Shown here piece after piece: positions 47,825 to 58,726 of a stretch of 62,183 bases of DNA. The DNA lies in the NCBI GenBank assembly GCA_019828565.1, contig JAHDYR010000052.1, positions 1 to 62,183 of the forward strand, given 5' to 3'. The DNA comes from Carpediemonas membranifera BICM (Eukaryota; Protista; Fornicata). The translations under genes were made by a program, and so were the position numbers. The notes beneath the pieces are model-generated. The model was not told the DNA's origin, searched no databases, and saw only the letters and a program-made list of their open reading frames with translations. Every line of letters starts with the position of its first letter. Position 1 is the first letter of the stretch.

Positions 47825-50800
47825 CTACACTAACGTGCTATATATACACATCCCTTTAGACTCTGCACTCTTCCCTCCACTGCTTTGGTATGGCTCGTTA
47901 CTCATGCATCTCTTGATCTGGTTCGTCGCTCTCGTGCTCCATTCCGATGCGTAGGAGCTCTTCTTCCTCGTCGCTTCCGTTGGCGGCGGCAAGCGCCTCC
48001 TCAAGCCTGGCCTCGAGGACTCTGTTTGTTTCACGGAGCCTGAGGCTGGCTCTTTGAAGGCCTCCGATTTCTCGGCGATGCGCTGGAGGCGCTGGCGCTC
48101 GCTCGCTCCTCTTGCTAGGGCTTCCCTTTCCTTGGCCAGCTGGCCTTGGAGGTGGGCAACCTCGTTGTTCAGCCGGGAGACTTCCTCTTCGTAATGGCTC
48201 ATGATCCGCTGCCGCTCTTCTTCAGCTCTTCGCTCCACCTCCGCTTGGAAGAGGGCTTGGATGTAGGCACCCATCTGATCGACCGTGCCCAGTCTTGGGT
48301 TTGGGGGCCTCTTCCCTTCGGGGCCGCCCGGCGGGGGCCGGTGCTCGAAAGCCTGGCTCAGAGGCATCGCCGGGGGTTGGCCTCTTTGTGAGGCGTGAGG
48401 ATCGCCTGTCCCGGGGCCGGGTGGGGGGGTTCATTCCTCTGGGAGTGGGGTAAGCAGGGCTTACCTGGTGCGCATTAGGGGTGATGATTGCCCTTGGGGT
48501 GGGGTGGGCGGGGGTTACCTGGCGCGGGTTGGGGGTGGGGTTTGTTTCCCCTTGGAGCCTGCTGGGGGAGGGGGTGGCGTTCACCTTCCTTTGAGATGGG
48601 TTCGGGGTGGGGACCTGTCGGTTCTCGGTGAGCGGGCCCTCAAGCAGCCCTAGGGCCGGCCACTCCATGCCTTGGTGAATCTCGTTGGTGAGCCTCTCCC
48701 GGTGCTCTTCGAGGCAGGCTCTAAGCGCGGCCCTTGCCGCGGTCACAGCCTCTTTTTGCTCTCGCTGCGACCTGTGCCCGTCGTTGTTCTGGGTGTACGG
48801 GAAGTCCCACAGGCGGATGGGGGGTAGTCTCATCATGGGACTGCATCCCAGGGCCAGGGGTGCCGTCGTATTGGGGTTCGCCCAAGGCGCTCGGGCGGCG
48901 TCTTCCAGGCTCCCCTCCTTGTTCTACTGTGCGGATGCCCCAGTCTAGGGGAAGAACCGAGGGGAAGAAGTTTACATAATGCCTGGGCCCTCTATCTTGG
49001 CGCCGGAGTTCCGCGCTTACGATGAGTTTCGGGACGCCCGCTGGTGCTCTATCGCCGATGTTCACCAGGCAGTGGATGAGCCGGTGTCTCAGCTGCTGGG
49101 CTGAGCCCCCATGCATCATGTCATGCTTATGGAGCGGGACCAGCGAGGCTGCCTGGGATAGGGTCAGGAGCTCGGGGTGGAGTTTGACCGGGAGTTGCTC
49201 CATGACCCTGGGGGTCCAGGGTGGTACGGTTGCCATAGAAGTCTGGCCAGTAGCCCTTCTCCCTTGCTACGCGGCGCCTACCGTTCCACTCGGATAGGAG
49301 CTCCACGACCAGGGGTCTCGTGCTTGGGCAGGAGTCCGGGCTGAGAACGGCTACGCCCCTCCTTTCAAGGACCCTTAGGATTCCTTTTCCTGTGCTGAAC
49401 TCTTGCGCGGTCGTGTTGGCCATGTGGATTTCCTTCGGACGCGGCTTGGTGGTAAAGATCACGTGCTGTAGTTGCCCCAGGGGTGTGATGACCTCTCGCC
49501 CTCTATGGCGGTTGATCTCTACAGCCAGGTCTGGGACCCCGTGTCCTACTCTAATGATGGGGCTTTGTGCCCCCGTCACTTTCCCTCCTCGTGCGATTAG
49601 TTCCGCTCCCACATCAGCCCAGGTCCACGGGTTATACAGCATGTGGATGGCCAGGGAGAGTCTTGTGTAGAAGAGCGATACATCCGCAAGCGCACAGTGA
49701 CAGTAGGCTGGTGCGTTTCTGTGATAGGGGCACAGCCCCTTGGGTTCCCTTCTCCTTTGCTGGTCGCGGGTCCAGACCTTGGCCTGCTCGGCTGCCTTCT
49801 GGTCCTCCTGTGGGAGGGTCTCTCGGACCGGGCGGTCCTCCTGGGAGGGGGGGTAGAAGAGGGTGAGGGTGCTATTGAGACGGGGGTACACCGCATCTAG
49901 GCCGGCTTCATCGATTAGGTGGGTGGCTACCCATGCCCTGGCCGTGGAATCCGGTACGTATTTGGCGCTCGTGAGGACGCTTCGTTCAGCTTCCACCCCT
50001 TTGGCAGTCAGGTGGATGAACGCGTTATGGTGTCCTTCGAGACGCCGGAGGGCATCGATCATTTCCGCGCACCATGTGGTGCTGTTTGGGAATGTGCTTT
50101 CGAATCCCTGGGGGGCCTGCCCAGTGGTGATGTCGACGAAGGTGGCTGGGGGGCAACCGTGGAGAATTCTTGAGCTCATCAGAGCCTGGTCGAGGTCGGC
50201 CACCCGAATATCTTCGCCTAACATCCCGTGCAGACTGGCGACGATATTCCCGTTGGCGGGGTCAAAGACTATGACCGCCCCTTCGCATATGACGGCCTCA
50301 TCCCCCGCCTTGGATGCGGGTTTGGACGCTTCGAAGTCAATGCATCCGATCAGCATCCTCTTGCCCTGCGGGTTGGTGAGCGGGCAGGACGGGGGGAGTC
50401 TGCTGTTGGCTGACAGTTCTCTACCCCTTGGCGGGTTGACGTCACTATCACTGCCAGGGACTCTTCTGGCCGAGTCGTCGGCGTTGGGCCGGGGGCCATC
50501 TTGGGTACCCCCGGTCTCCGAGCCCGCACTTTCGCCGCTGGGCATGGTGGCGGGGTTCCCCCGCTAGTTGGGTTCCAACCTGCTTCGCCCCCCAATGAAC
50601 GAGGGGGCGACTGGATCGCCCATGTTGGGTTGGCCAGTGGTCGGGTCGCCGCCGTTGTGCGGGGGCAACGCCCAGGTTGCCCCTGGTGGGTGGGTCCGTC
50701 CTTGGGCCGCCGTTGGGCAGGCTATCACCTGCACTTGCTCTGCCATTATTCGGTGGGGGGTGACCGGGTTGCCCTCGTGGGGTGGGTTGTCGGTTTGCTC

Positions 50801-52238
50801 GTTGCCCTTGGGCGGGCCGTCCCCTGTGGATTCGGTGGCGAGCAGCTTGGTACCCTGGTCCGCCATCCAGATGTTTGCGATCCTGCTAACGAGGGTGGAA
50901 GCGTCGCAGAGGTCCGGGTGGATGAACTCAGGGGCCGGCATTGGCCGGGTAGTAGTATCCCATGCGGCCCACAGCTCTTTGAAGCCCGGAACCGTCCAGC
51001 GAAGCACTAAGTCTTCGGCCTCACTGCGCGCTAGCTCGTCGCCGGCAATGTTGAGGGCTGAATCCGTGGGTGTCCTGCTAACCAACACAGGTCTGGTCAC
51101 CCCATCGGTCCTGCTGTAGACAGCTATCGCGGAGAACATGCCACCTTCCCAGGGCTTGACGGCCTGTCCGTCAAGGGGGGAAAGCCTCCTGCTGGGGGTC
51201 TGGGGCTAAGGGGGACGGGGGCATCCTCCCAGGCCCGACCTAGGGCCGCCCACTTGTTGTTGACGTTGTTGTGGGCTCTGTCCGCACCTGGCGCTTTCGC
51301 TGAGCCGGCTGTGGCTTGGCCGCCTGCCTTGAGGAGCCAGGCGGCGCTCTGCTGGCCGAACCTTGTCCTGATCCCAGGCCCTGTGAGGCTTTGGTGACCT
51401 GCGGCCTTGAGAGTGCTGGCAACTAGCTCGAACAGCAAGGATCTAGCCGGTGGCGGGCTTGATACCTTGAAGTTGGCGGCGTTATCCCTCGAGAAGATCA
51501 CTGTGGTGTTGTTGCACTTGGCGAGGATGGAATCGGCTGCTCTTCGGACTTTTTGCCACTCTTCGGTCGTAGCTAAGCGTTTTCCAAGCTTGGTGAGCTC
51601 TGTTCCAGCTTCGTCTACATCATTCCCCCGGCCCATGGCTTGTTGGGGGAACTTTGTGTTTGTGGCCGAAATTGGTCTCCGAAAAGTCGGAGGGGGAAAG
51701 TCGGCATGAATCCCCCGGATAGAGCCCTCCCTGCCCGCCTCGCCTGTAGGCGCCGTTGCCGGCGCTCGTAGGCTGGGAAACCCGGGGTCAGGGAGTAATC
51801 GGCCTTGGAGGTGAACATCACGAAGGCCGGCCCGCATCGGGGCAGTGGCCGGCGCTGTTGGTCCTCGCGGTGGATTTTCCAGGCCGCCTGGCTTACCCAC
51901 CATGGCCTTCCGGTTATCAGGGCGTAGTGGTATAGCAGGATGTCATTTTCTAGCATTTGGGTAGCCGTTATTTCCCTTTCTCGGCTGGGATTCTGCCACC
52001 ACTGTAGCTGGTGATCCACTCCTGGGGGGAAGGGATCCTTTATCTTGCTATACCCTTTTAGGTCGCCGTACATCCGGATCAAGTCGGCGATTTTCTCGGT
52101 TCTCGTGCGCTCCTTGCGTAGAGGAGGCCCTATGGGATGCTCGGGGAGGAGATCTTCTGCTCGGGCAACGTACCCGCCCTGTGGGTTCCTGGGAAACGCG
52201 TCCATTGCCGGCCGGTGGCTCGGATGAGGAGTGTGCAT
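47825..52238 (-). pseudogene. LINE-C ORF1 region (one frameshifted ORF or two ORFs)
   Basis: Chain of overlapping ORFs. EEWQKVR..LKAAG and LWAAW resemble A/B ORF1. Predicted C-terminal coiled coil in 47825..48367. Confidence 0.7.
49127..50545 (-). CDS. DEDDh/Maelstrom-like exonuclease-domain ORF within LINE-C
   Basis: GCIDFE, ICEGA, TAKGVEAE, CPYH, HCALAD in one uninterrupted frame; GCCACCATG start context. Confidence 0.7.
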   Translation of the reverse strand: MPSGESAGSETGGTQDGPRPNADDSARRVPGSDSDVNPPRGRELSANSRLPPSCPLTNPQGKRMLIGCIDFEASKPASKAGDEAVICEGAVIVFDPANGNIVASLHGMLGEDIRVADLDQALMSSRILHGCPPATFVDITTGQAPQGFESTFPNSTTWCAEMIDALRRLEGHHNAFIHLTAKGVEAERSVLTSAKYVPDSTARAWVATHLIDEAGLDAVYPRLNSTLTLFYPPSQEDRPVRETLPQEDQKAAEQAKVWTRDQQRRREPKGLCPYHRNAPAYCHCALADVSLFYTRLSLAIHMLYNPWTWADVGAELIARGGKVTGAQSPIIRVGHGVPDLAVEINRHRGREVITPLGQLQHVIFTTKPRPKEIHMANTTAQEFSTGKGILRVLERRGVAVLSPDSCPSTRPLVVELLSEWNGRRRVAREKGYWPDFYGNRTTLDPQGHGATPGQTPPRAPDPIPGSLAGPAP

Positions 52239-52366
52239 TTTAGTGCTCCATCACCTGATCACACCATAGCCTTGTGGCGTTGCACGTTGGCCTTTCCGAG
52301 CAGGGGCGGGGAGGTGTGGCCTATTGCCTGAGATGCGGGGTCGGTTGCGAACCTTGTAGCCATAAT

Positions 52367-53148
52367 ATGAGTTCACCACATTTGGTTCCTGTTACACCCA
52401 TTAGCCCGCCTGGCGACTACCACCAAGGCCCAGGCATTGCCGCAGCTAAGGTTCAGCCTTCTAAGGTACCTGATTCCCCTCTTGGCCCTCATGCCGATCA
52501 CCTCCAAGGCCCAGGCATTGCCGCGGCGGAGCCCCAGACCCCTAGAGAGGGCTGGGGGTCGGATTCTTCCACCACATCGTCCTCTGTGGAGGAGCTGCCC
52601 CCCGGGTCATTGGCATTGCCTTCCTCCCGCAGCGCCCGCGCCTCTGCTCCCCAACCTGGTGGGATGGGGCCTCAGGAGTCCTCAACGCCGACTCTTCCGC
52701 TCCTTCCAGGGGAAAGCCGTCCCCCGCCGCCTCCAGCTGGCCCGGTCCCCTGCTTCCCCCGGTCCTCACAACGGCGAGGGCGCTGCCCCGTTTGTCACGC
52801 CATTGGCTTCCTCCCCAGCTGGGGCTCGCACCGTTCGTCAGCCTGTGGCTCCACTTGCGTCAGCCCTCGACGCTCTCAGCACTTTGGATCGCATCGCCAT
52901 GGACTGGCACTCGTGTGCCTATGCCTTCGTGGACATGCTCCATGAGGGGGACCGACGAGGATCAGCCTGTCGAGAACCTACAGGCCATTTTGGCATTCCA
53001 GCGCACTTCTCAGTCCCAGATGGTTATGTATCGCAGCAGCAGGGGCGCTCTTGAGCGGGCCCTTAGGCAGTATGTCCCTTCGGTTTCCCATTTCCTTGCC
53101 GACGGAAGCCCCTCAGTGGAGTTCCTGGGCGCCGGGACTCCTCAGTAA
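52367..53148 (+). CDS. Candidate antisense ORF in the LINE-C 5' region (needs 2 frameshifts)
   Basis: AATATG start, Pro/Ser-rich N-half with a duplicated QGPGIAAA, helical-looking C-half across three overlapping ORFs. Confidence 0.4.
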
Positions 53149-54286
53149 ACACCCAGGGTTGAATGGGGGGTTGAGACCATGTTGCTGCTGTTCCTTGCGG
53201 TATCTGCCTACCACTCGGGTTGCTGGGCCCCGGCATTCTCCCCTTCTCCCAGCGGGGAGCGCGGCCACAGGGCGCCATTTGGGTTTCCCTCCAGTTGCGC
53301 GTCATTCCTACTAAATTCATGAGTTCATACCTTGGTTTCGGCTTGGTTGCAGTGGTGAGGGCCCTTGGCATGTTGCTGGGGGCTCCTCTGGACGTTCTTT
53401 GCCCTGTGGGTTGAGGAACGTCCGGGCGGTAAGCTTCCCTTGGTCTTTTGGATGGTAATATCCCATCAGACCGCTCACCGGGGGCTCCATGCCCATACGG
53501 GTTTCGTTGCCCCAGAGGGTGCACTTTAGGGAGCACAGAGAACCAACCCAAGCACAGCGCCCGTCCGCTAGCGGGTTATACAAGGCAGGCAGGGTGGTTT
53601 CAGGGCGACGGCTCGTGCCTCCGGCGCTCGCATCTTCCAGTTTTCTGCCACCGGCCCGTTTCGCTTCCGTTTGACTTGGTCTCAGGCGATCTCATCGAGG
53701 AGGCTAGAGAGAGGCCTCGTGCGCCCTATGGGTAGAAGTGGTAAAGAGTTATGCTGTTCCTGCTGGTATTCCCCGAGCAGGAGAACTCACGATGCTGAAT
53801 TGACCAAAATGTGGCATTCCGCGCTATAGGTCACCGCCGCTCTGTTTTGAGCTCTATAAACCTCGAAAGAATCGCCAATGGCTATCATTCCTCGGCGCTT
53901 GGCTTTGTTCCGGTTGGTGATTCCAACTTTCCATACCGGACATTTTAACTGAACTCTATGAGATGGAGGCCAAAAAGCCTCAGAAACAACTCACAAAGTA
54001 CCATAGAGACGCCTGGACAGTCCAGCACCGCCCATCAACGCCGTCTGACTTCAACTTGGACCGCAATGCGGCCACTCAGGCCCTGAACGACTCCTCCCAG
54101 CGCGCTGCCCCGGCGGCTGGAATTCTCCGGCAAGAGGCCGCACTCACCCCAATTGAGCTAGAATCGAAGCCTGTTGGCTCAATATTTGTCCCAATTGCCA
54201 GGGCACACCTGGATGTCGCCCCGTTCGAAGAGTGGCCCGAGACTTGCCCCCTGTGTCAGGCCCAGCGCTGCACCTGGCAGCATGCC

Positions 54287-54344
54287 TGGAGGTGGACACC
54301 CCGGCACTGTATCAAAAAATAAACTCAAAAACTCAAAACTCAAA
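54287..54344 (+). mobile_element. 58-bp retrocopy of an unrelated element with AATAAA and a (CTCAAAA)n tail
   Basis: TSD ACCTGGCAGCATGCC at 54272-54286 and 54345-54359. Confidence 0.88.
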
Positions 54345-55101
54345 ACCTGGCAGCATGCCCTCTCGTGCCCACACACCAAGGGAACCGCCCACACCGAGCG
54401 TCACAACCATGTTAGAGACGCTGTGAGCGCCGTGTTGACCGACGACGACGTTAGAGGTCGACCCATGGCCCGTTGCCAGGCCGAGGTCGCGCTCACCTCT
54501 CGTCACCCCCGCTACCAGCAGGCCGATACCGAAGCGCCCAGACGCAAGGTGGCCGACCCTCATGGTGGCAGGCGAGAGAGACGTGGTCGGGAACCGTGTC
54601 CACGAGGAAGTCTATGTCGACTTCGTGGTCAGCCTGCACCCGCGGGAGGCTGAGCTAGAGAAGCTCCGCGAGTACCGCAACTGGCAGGTCACCTTCGTGC
54701 CTGCTGCCTGCACGGTTCTGGGCGAGACTGAGTCCCGTCTGACCGAGTGCTGGGTCGCCCGCCTCTGTGCCGCGATTCGCAGGCCGGCCCTCGTGGGCGC
54801 CATCCGTGACCGGGTATTCTGGTCCATCTGGGCGGACAACCAGACCGTCTGGTCGGACTATGTCTCCCAGTGCAAGGCCCGTTGGGCCGAGCACCACCAA
54901 TAATCTGCCCTCCCCACAAAATGCCGGAGTCGCGACTCGGCTGACTCGGCCACTCTAGGCTGCGTCGTCCCCGAGCCCCCCTGCGCCTCCCGCCCCATCG
55001 CCGCATCGCATAACGCATCCCCTGCCCCTGCGCGAGAGTAGTTGCTCGAAATTCCGCGGAGTCGCGTGTTGTTCGGACAACCTGGGAAAGTAAATTCGGC
55101 C

Positions 55102-56697
55102 ATGGTATCCAGAGGAAAGTTGCTCGATTCGCCGCCGCAAGGCGACGAATCCTGCCATACATCCGATGAAGGACCAGGTGACACGAATTACCAGAAACTA
55201 GCGCTGTTCGCTGCGCTCCTGCGCGTAATGGACGAAATTCGTCAGCACTGCCCGAAAGGCTCGTGGCCGAAGAACGCTGAGGCCTTCATCGAGGTTTGTA
55301 TGAACAAAGATCGTTTATTGCGCCTTGTGACGGACAACAAACGCTTCTTCACGATCAACAACCTTTCTTTGATCACGGACTACGTTCATGCGGCCACAAA
55401 CCGCTTCGGGCCAGGCCATAAGCCGAAGGCATCCCGCCGTGATGACCACATCGCCAATGCCACTTCACTTCTTCACGCCGCAGCCACCAACCAGGTGTTC
55501 ACTGCTACGATCTCGATTGATCGTGCCAACGAGGCCCTCGAGCGCGTGATACGGGGCAGAAGGACCGATGAGCAGCTCATGAGGGAGCACCCTCGTCCGC
55601 TCCGCCCGTCCGAGATCGCCGCTCGCCGCGCCAAGACCGGGCGTCAGTCATACGCCCAACTGATCAGCCGTGTCGAGGAGGCCCGCCCGGCAAGCCCTGC
55701 GCGAGACCGCACTGCCTTCCTCGAGGCAGAAGCATACGCGTGTCGCGTAGCTGCTGGCCGCGCAGACCGTCAACAGCAGGGTGACCGGCCCCCGAGCCCC
55801 ACCCCCTGCCGATGCTGCCCCCACCGACTCCGCTGCCGCCCTAACTGGGCCGCAGCCCGCAGCCGCCCCGCAGGGTGACAGGCCCACGCGCCAGACCCCC
55901 GCCCAGGTTGCCCCCCACCCAGCCAGAGGAGAGGAACATCGACGACACCGCAGTGTCCGAGTTCCTCTCCCTGGCGGGCGTCGAAGGCGGGGAAGGGGAG
56001 AGAGCTGAGCCAGAGACCGAGCACGAAGCCCGTGGTGACTCAGCCAACTCCCCCTTCGCCCGCCGCCGCAGGTTGACCCCGCCCACCGGCTCACAGGGTG
56101 GCTCGACCGCACGACCATCGACGCTGTTCGCCGCAGCTTTGACGCACATGTACCGCGGGAAGACAGAGACATGTGGTCGACCAACGACCAGGTCGTCGCG
56201 ACGCTGACGTCTGTCGACGCCGTCCGCTGGCTCTCCCGGGGGCAAAATGGCCAGAACCGCATGTCCAGAGCACGCTGGACGACTCTCCTCGAGCAGGTCT
56301 TTGCGGCTCACCCGAGGAACCGGCCTTCGTATGCGTTCCCGCAAGGCCTGAAGTCGTTCGCACCCAGGTTCGTGGCGTTCATGAGGGAAGGGTTGGGTAT
56401 GCCAGTCGACCCCGCTCTCCCAGCTGTCCCGCAGCCAAGGACGGCCCAGCCAGCCAGAAGAAGGCTCACTGCTCCCCGCCCGCAGCCGGAGACCATCCTT
56501 CCAGAGCTCCCAGAGGACCTCAAGTTCCTCCCCTCCCCGACGGAGGCCGGCAGGATTGGGAAGTCGAAGCCCTCAAGGAAGGGTGCGGTCTCATTCGTGA
56601 AGGGTCTCATCAACCTGTTGGAGGCCCTGAACGAGGTGCCTGCCCAGCAGAAACGGCGTGGCCTTATTGCCATCATGACCCATGGTCAGACGGTGTA
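55102..56697 (+). pseudogene. CRE-like unit 10 (B + Z), 5' part, interrupted by LINE-B copy 2
   Basis: ORFs 55042..55878, 55875..56207 and 56171..56698. Confidence 0.9.
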
Positions 56698-57607
56698 AGA
56701 AAGAAAGAAATTTATGGTGCTTGGATTCTGACCCCGGACTGAGCTTGTTTCCCGTTGTCTTGGAGCTGAGTGCCCCGGGGTACTGCCTATTTCCCGTGGC
56801 AAACTGGTCAGCAGCGTTTGCCTTGGGCTTTCGGTGCTACTGTCTCCGCGGAAAGCCGATTCCAATCGCCCCAGAGGCCCTGCGGCCATCTCCGTGCAAA
56901 TATGCTTTCCTGTCTCCCTGAAAGTCCGGCAACTATCCGGGGAGCCTGGGGGTCTGTCCTCGGGGCATTGACAGGCAGGATCGTCCTGCAGAACCTTGAC
57001 TATGACACTCCTTGCTTCCCTGCAGTCCTTGTAGAGCCGTTCAGCCACGGCACCCTCTCGTCTGTCCGGTTCCCCAATTCCATGCCCCCTCGACTCTGTT
57101 AAGAGGCCTACCCGAAGGCGGGGAAAGTGACTAAGTCCATGCTGTCTACCCCGGTTAGGTGGCGTGGGTCAGGGCATGGGTGGTGTACCCCCAGGCACTA
57201 GGCCTGGTTGTCCTGTTACCCCTTACAACATTTCGCTTGCACTACATGTCCTTGGTTTCCCATGTCGTTAACAAGGGCGGCAGGGGCACCTGTGCCCCTC
57301 CGACCCCCGTGGCCAGTCCCTGCAGTTTCCTTGGGGTCCCAACGAGTGGTGCAACCATATGAATATGGATTTCCTTGACCTTATCCTTGCTCTGTCCTTG
57401 TTGCATGTCCTTTCTTTCTTATTTCTGGTCTGTCCTTCCTGTTAATTCCTTGCAGTCGTTCCTTCCCTTGCTTTGGTTCCTGGCTACCGGGATACGTGGG
57501 GCCTTTCCTCACTGATCCCAGGAGCTTAGCACCCAGCGAGGGTGGTCCATGGCTGATTCCTTGTCCATCCCTTCCCGGTCCTGGAGTCAGGGGTTCATGA
57601 CATGCTT

Positions 57608-58726
57608 CTATTCCACCTTGAAGCTGTTGTAAACCTTTGCCAGTTCCCGTAGTCCTGCCGTGAGGCCTTCCCAAATGTCTATTTCTGTCCATGGGGTTCG
57701 CTGGAGTTCGCTCCACACTCCGTTCCCGAACACTTTGTCCCTTGCCTTTGCTCCCCTGTTGTTCACTGGGTCGCCCATGCATGCTCTTATAGTCTCTTCC
57801 CATTGGTCCGAGCTCTTGATCCTGTTCAGCTTTGAGACTGTGACTGGCCCCTCCTTCTTTTTCATGGGCCAGGTGTGCACCTCGGGTATGGCCAGAGCCA
57901 CGTCTCGCTCACTTCTGCCATAGTACCGTTGTTCCTTCCATGCTAGTGTGATTCCATTGTGTGCTGAGCCCCATACCCCGACCTTCTGAGACTCTACCAC
58001 CTCAATCTCCGCCCCCTGGATTCCTGGTGTTGTCACTGCAAAGTCCGGGGTTGATGTTCCTGATGTGAGCGTCCCAGACTTGGGTATGATGGCTTTGAGC
58101 CTGTGCTTCTCCATCATATCCTTCCACCGGGTGGATCTTTCCATCTGGCCTGGGTCGATGTTCCAGTCTCCCATAATTATGGCCTCCATGCTCCCTTTCA
58201 TGTCCATGATCTTCTGTATAGTGTCCCTGAATCCATCCTTCTCCTGCTTGCTGTGGCCGGATGGAGGGCCATACACGTTGATGACTAGTATGTCCCTGCC
58301 GGTTCTCATTATGCTGGCTTGCACTCTTCCCGATAGGCTGTCCGTTATGCCGATGTCCCACTTTGCAGTTGCGTGTGGGCTCACTCTCGTGCCGATGCCT
58401 TCCCTTGTTCCCTTCCATCTTGGCGCAGGTTCGTCATTGCCTGCTATGCCTAGTTGTCGGTTGATGCGGTGCTGACTTTTGACATCCGCCTTTCGTTTTT
58501 CGTTGGCTAAGACCAGGTCCTCTTCCGTCTCCCTCCCTGCTAGTGCGTAGTCAAGGTCCATGAAGCAATGAACCCTCGTATTCGCCGTTCTCCATGTCTC
58601 TTGTATGAGTACTGCCTCTATGTCCTTCAACCTTAGCTGAATCGCCGTTGCCATAGACGCCGTGAAGTCCTTTCCTCTTCCTATGTGTCCCTCTGTGTTC
58701 AGACTAAGTATCTTGTAGGTTACCAT
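57608..58726 (-). CDS. AP endonuclease ORF (LINE-B ORF2 with RT deleted in frame, 372 aa)
   Basis: KILSLN, IQET, INVYGP, GDWN, PDF, SAH. PWTE is joined to IDIWEGL..KVYNSFKVE*, the homologue of the LINE-A ORF2 end. Confidence 0.9.
   Translation of the reverse strand: MVTYKILSLNTEGHIGRGKDFTASMATAIQLRLKDIEAVLIQETWRTANTRVHCFMDLDYALAGRETEEDLVLANEKRKADVKSQHRINRQLGIAGNDEPAPRWKGTREGIGTRVSPHATAKWDIGITDSLSGRVQASIMRTGRDILVINVYGPPSGHSKQEKDGFRDTIQKIMDMKGSMEAIIMGDWNIDPGQMERSTRWKDMMEKHRLKAIIPKSGTLTSGTSTPDFAVTTPGIQGAEIEVVESQKVGVWGSAHNGITLAWKEQRYYGRSERDVALAIPEVHTWPMKKKEGPVTVSKLNRIKSSDQWEETIRACMGDPVNNRGAKARDKVFGNGVWSELQRTPWTEIDIWEGLTAGLRELAKVYNSFKVE

Larger units (their letters stand above)
42638..53950 (-). 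mobile_element. APE-type LINE family C, apparently full length, 11.3 kb
   Basis: TSD GAACTCTATGAGATGGAG at 42620-42637 and 53951-53968; (TTTC)n tail; 5' end AGTT. Confidence 0.93.
36367..54903 (+). pseudogene. CRE-like unit 9 (B + Z) split by three insertions
   Basis: Segments 36367-38240, 41044-42637, 53951-54286 and 54345-54903 rebuild one unit once the TSDs are collapsed. Confidence 0.92.
20995..56697 (+). mobile_element. Head-to-tail array of 6 CRE-like units (right arm) with nested insertions
   Basis: Spacers at 23097-23294, 27578-27773, 31842-32038, 36169-36366 and 54904-55101. Confidence 0.9.
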
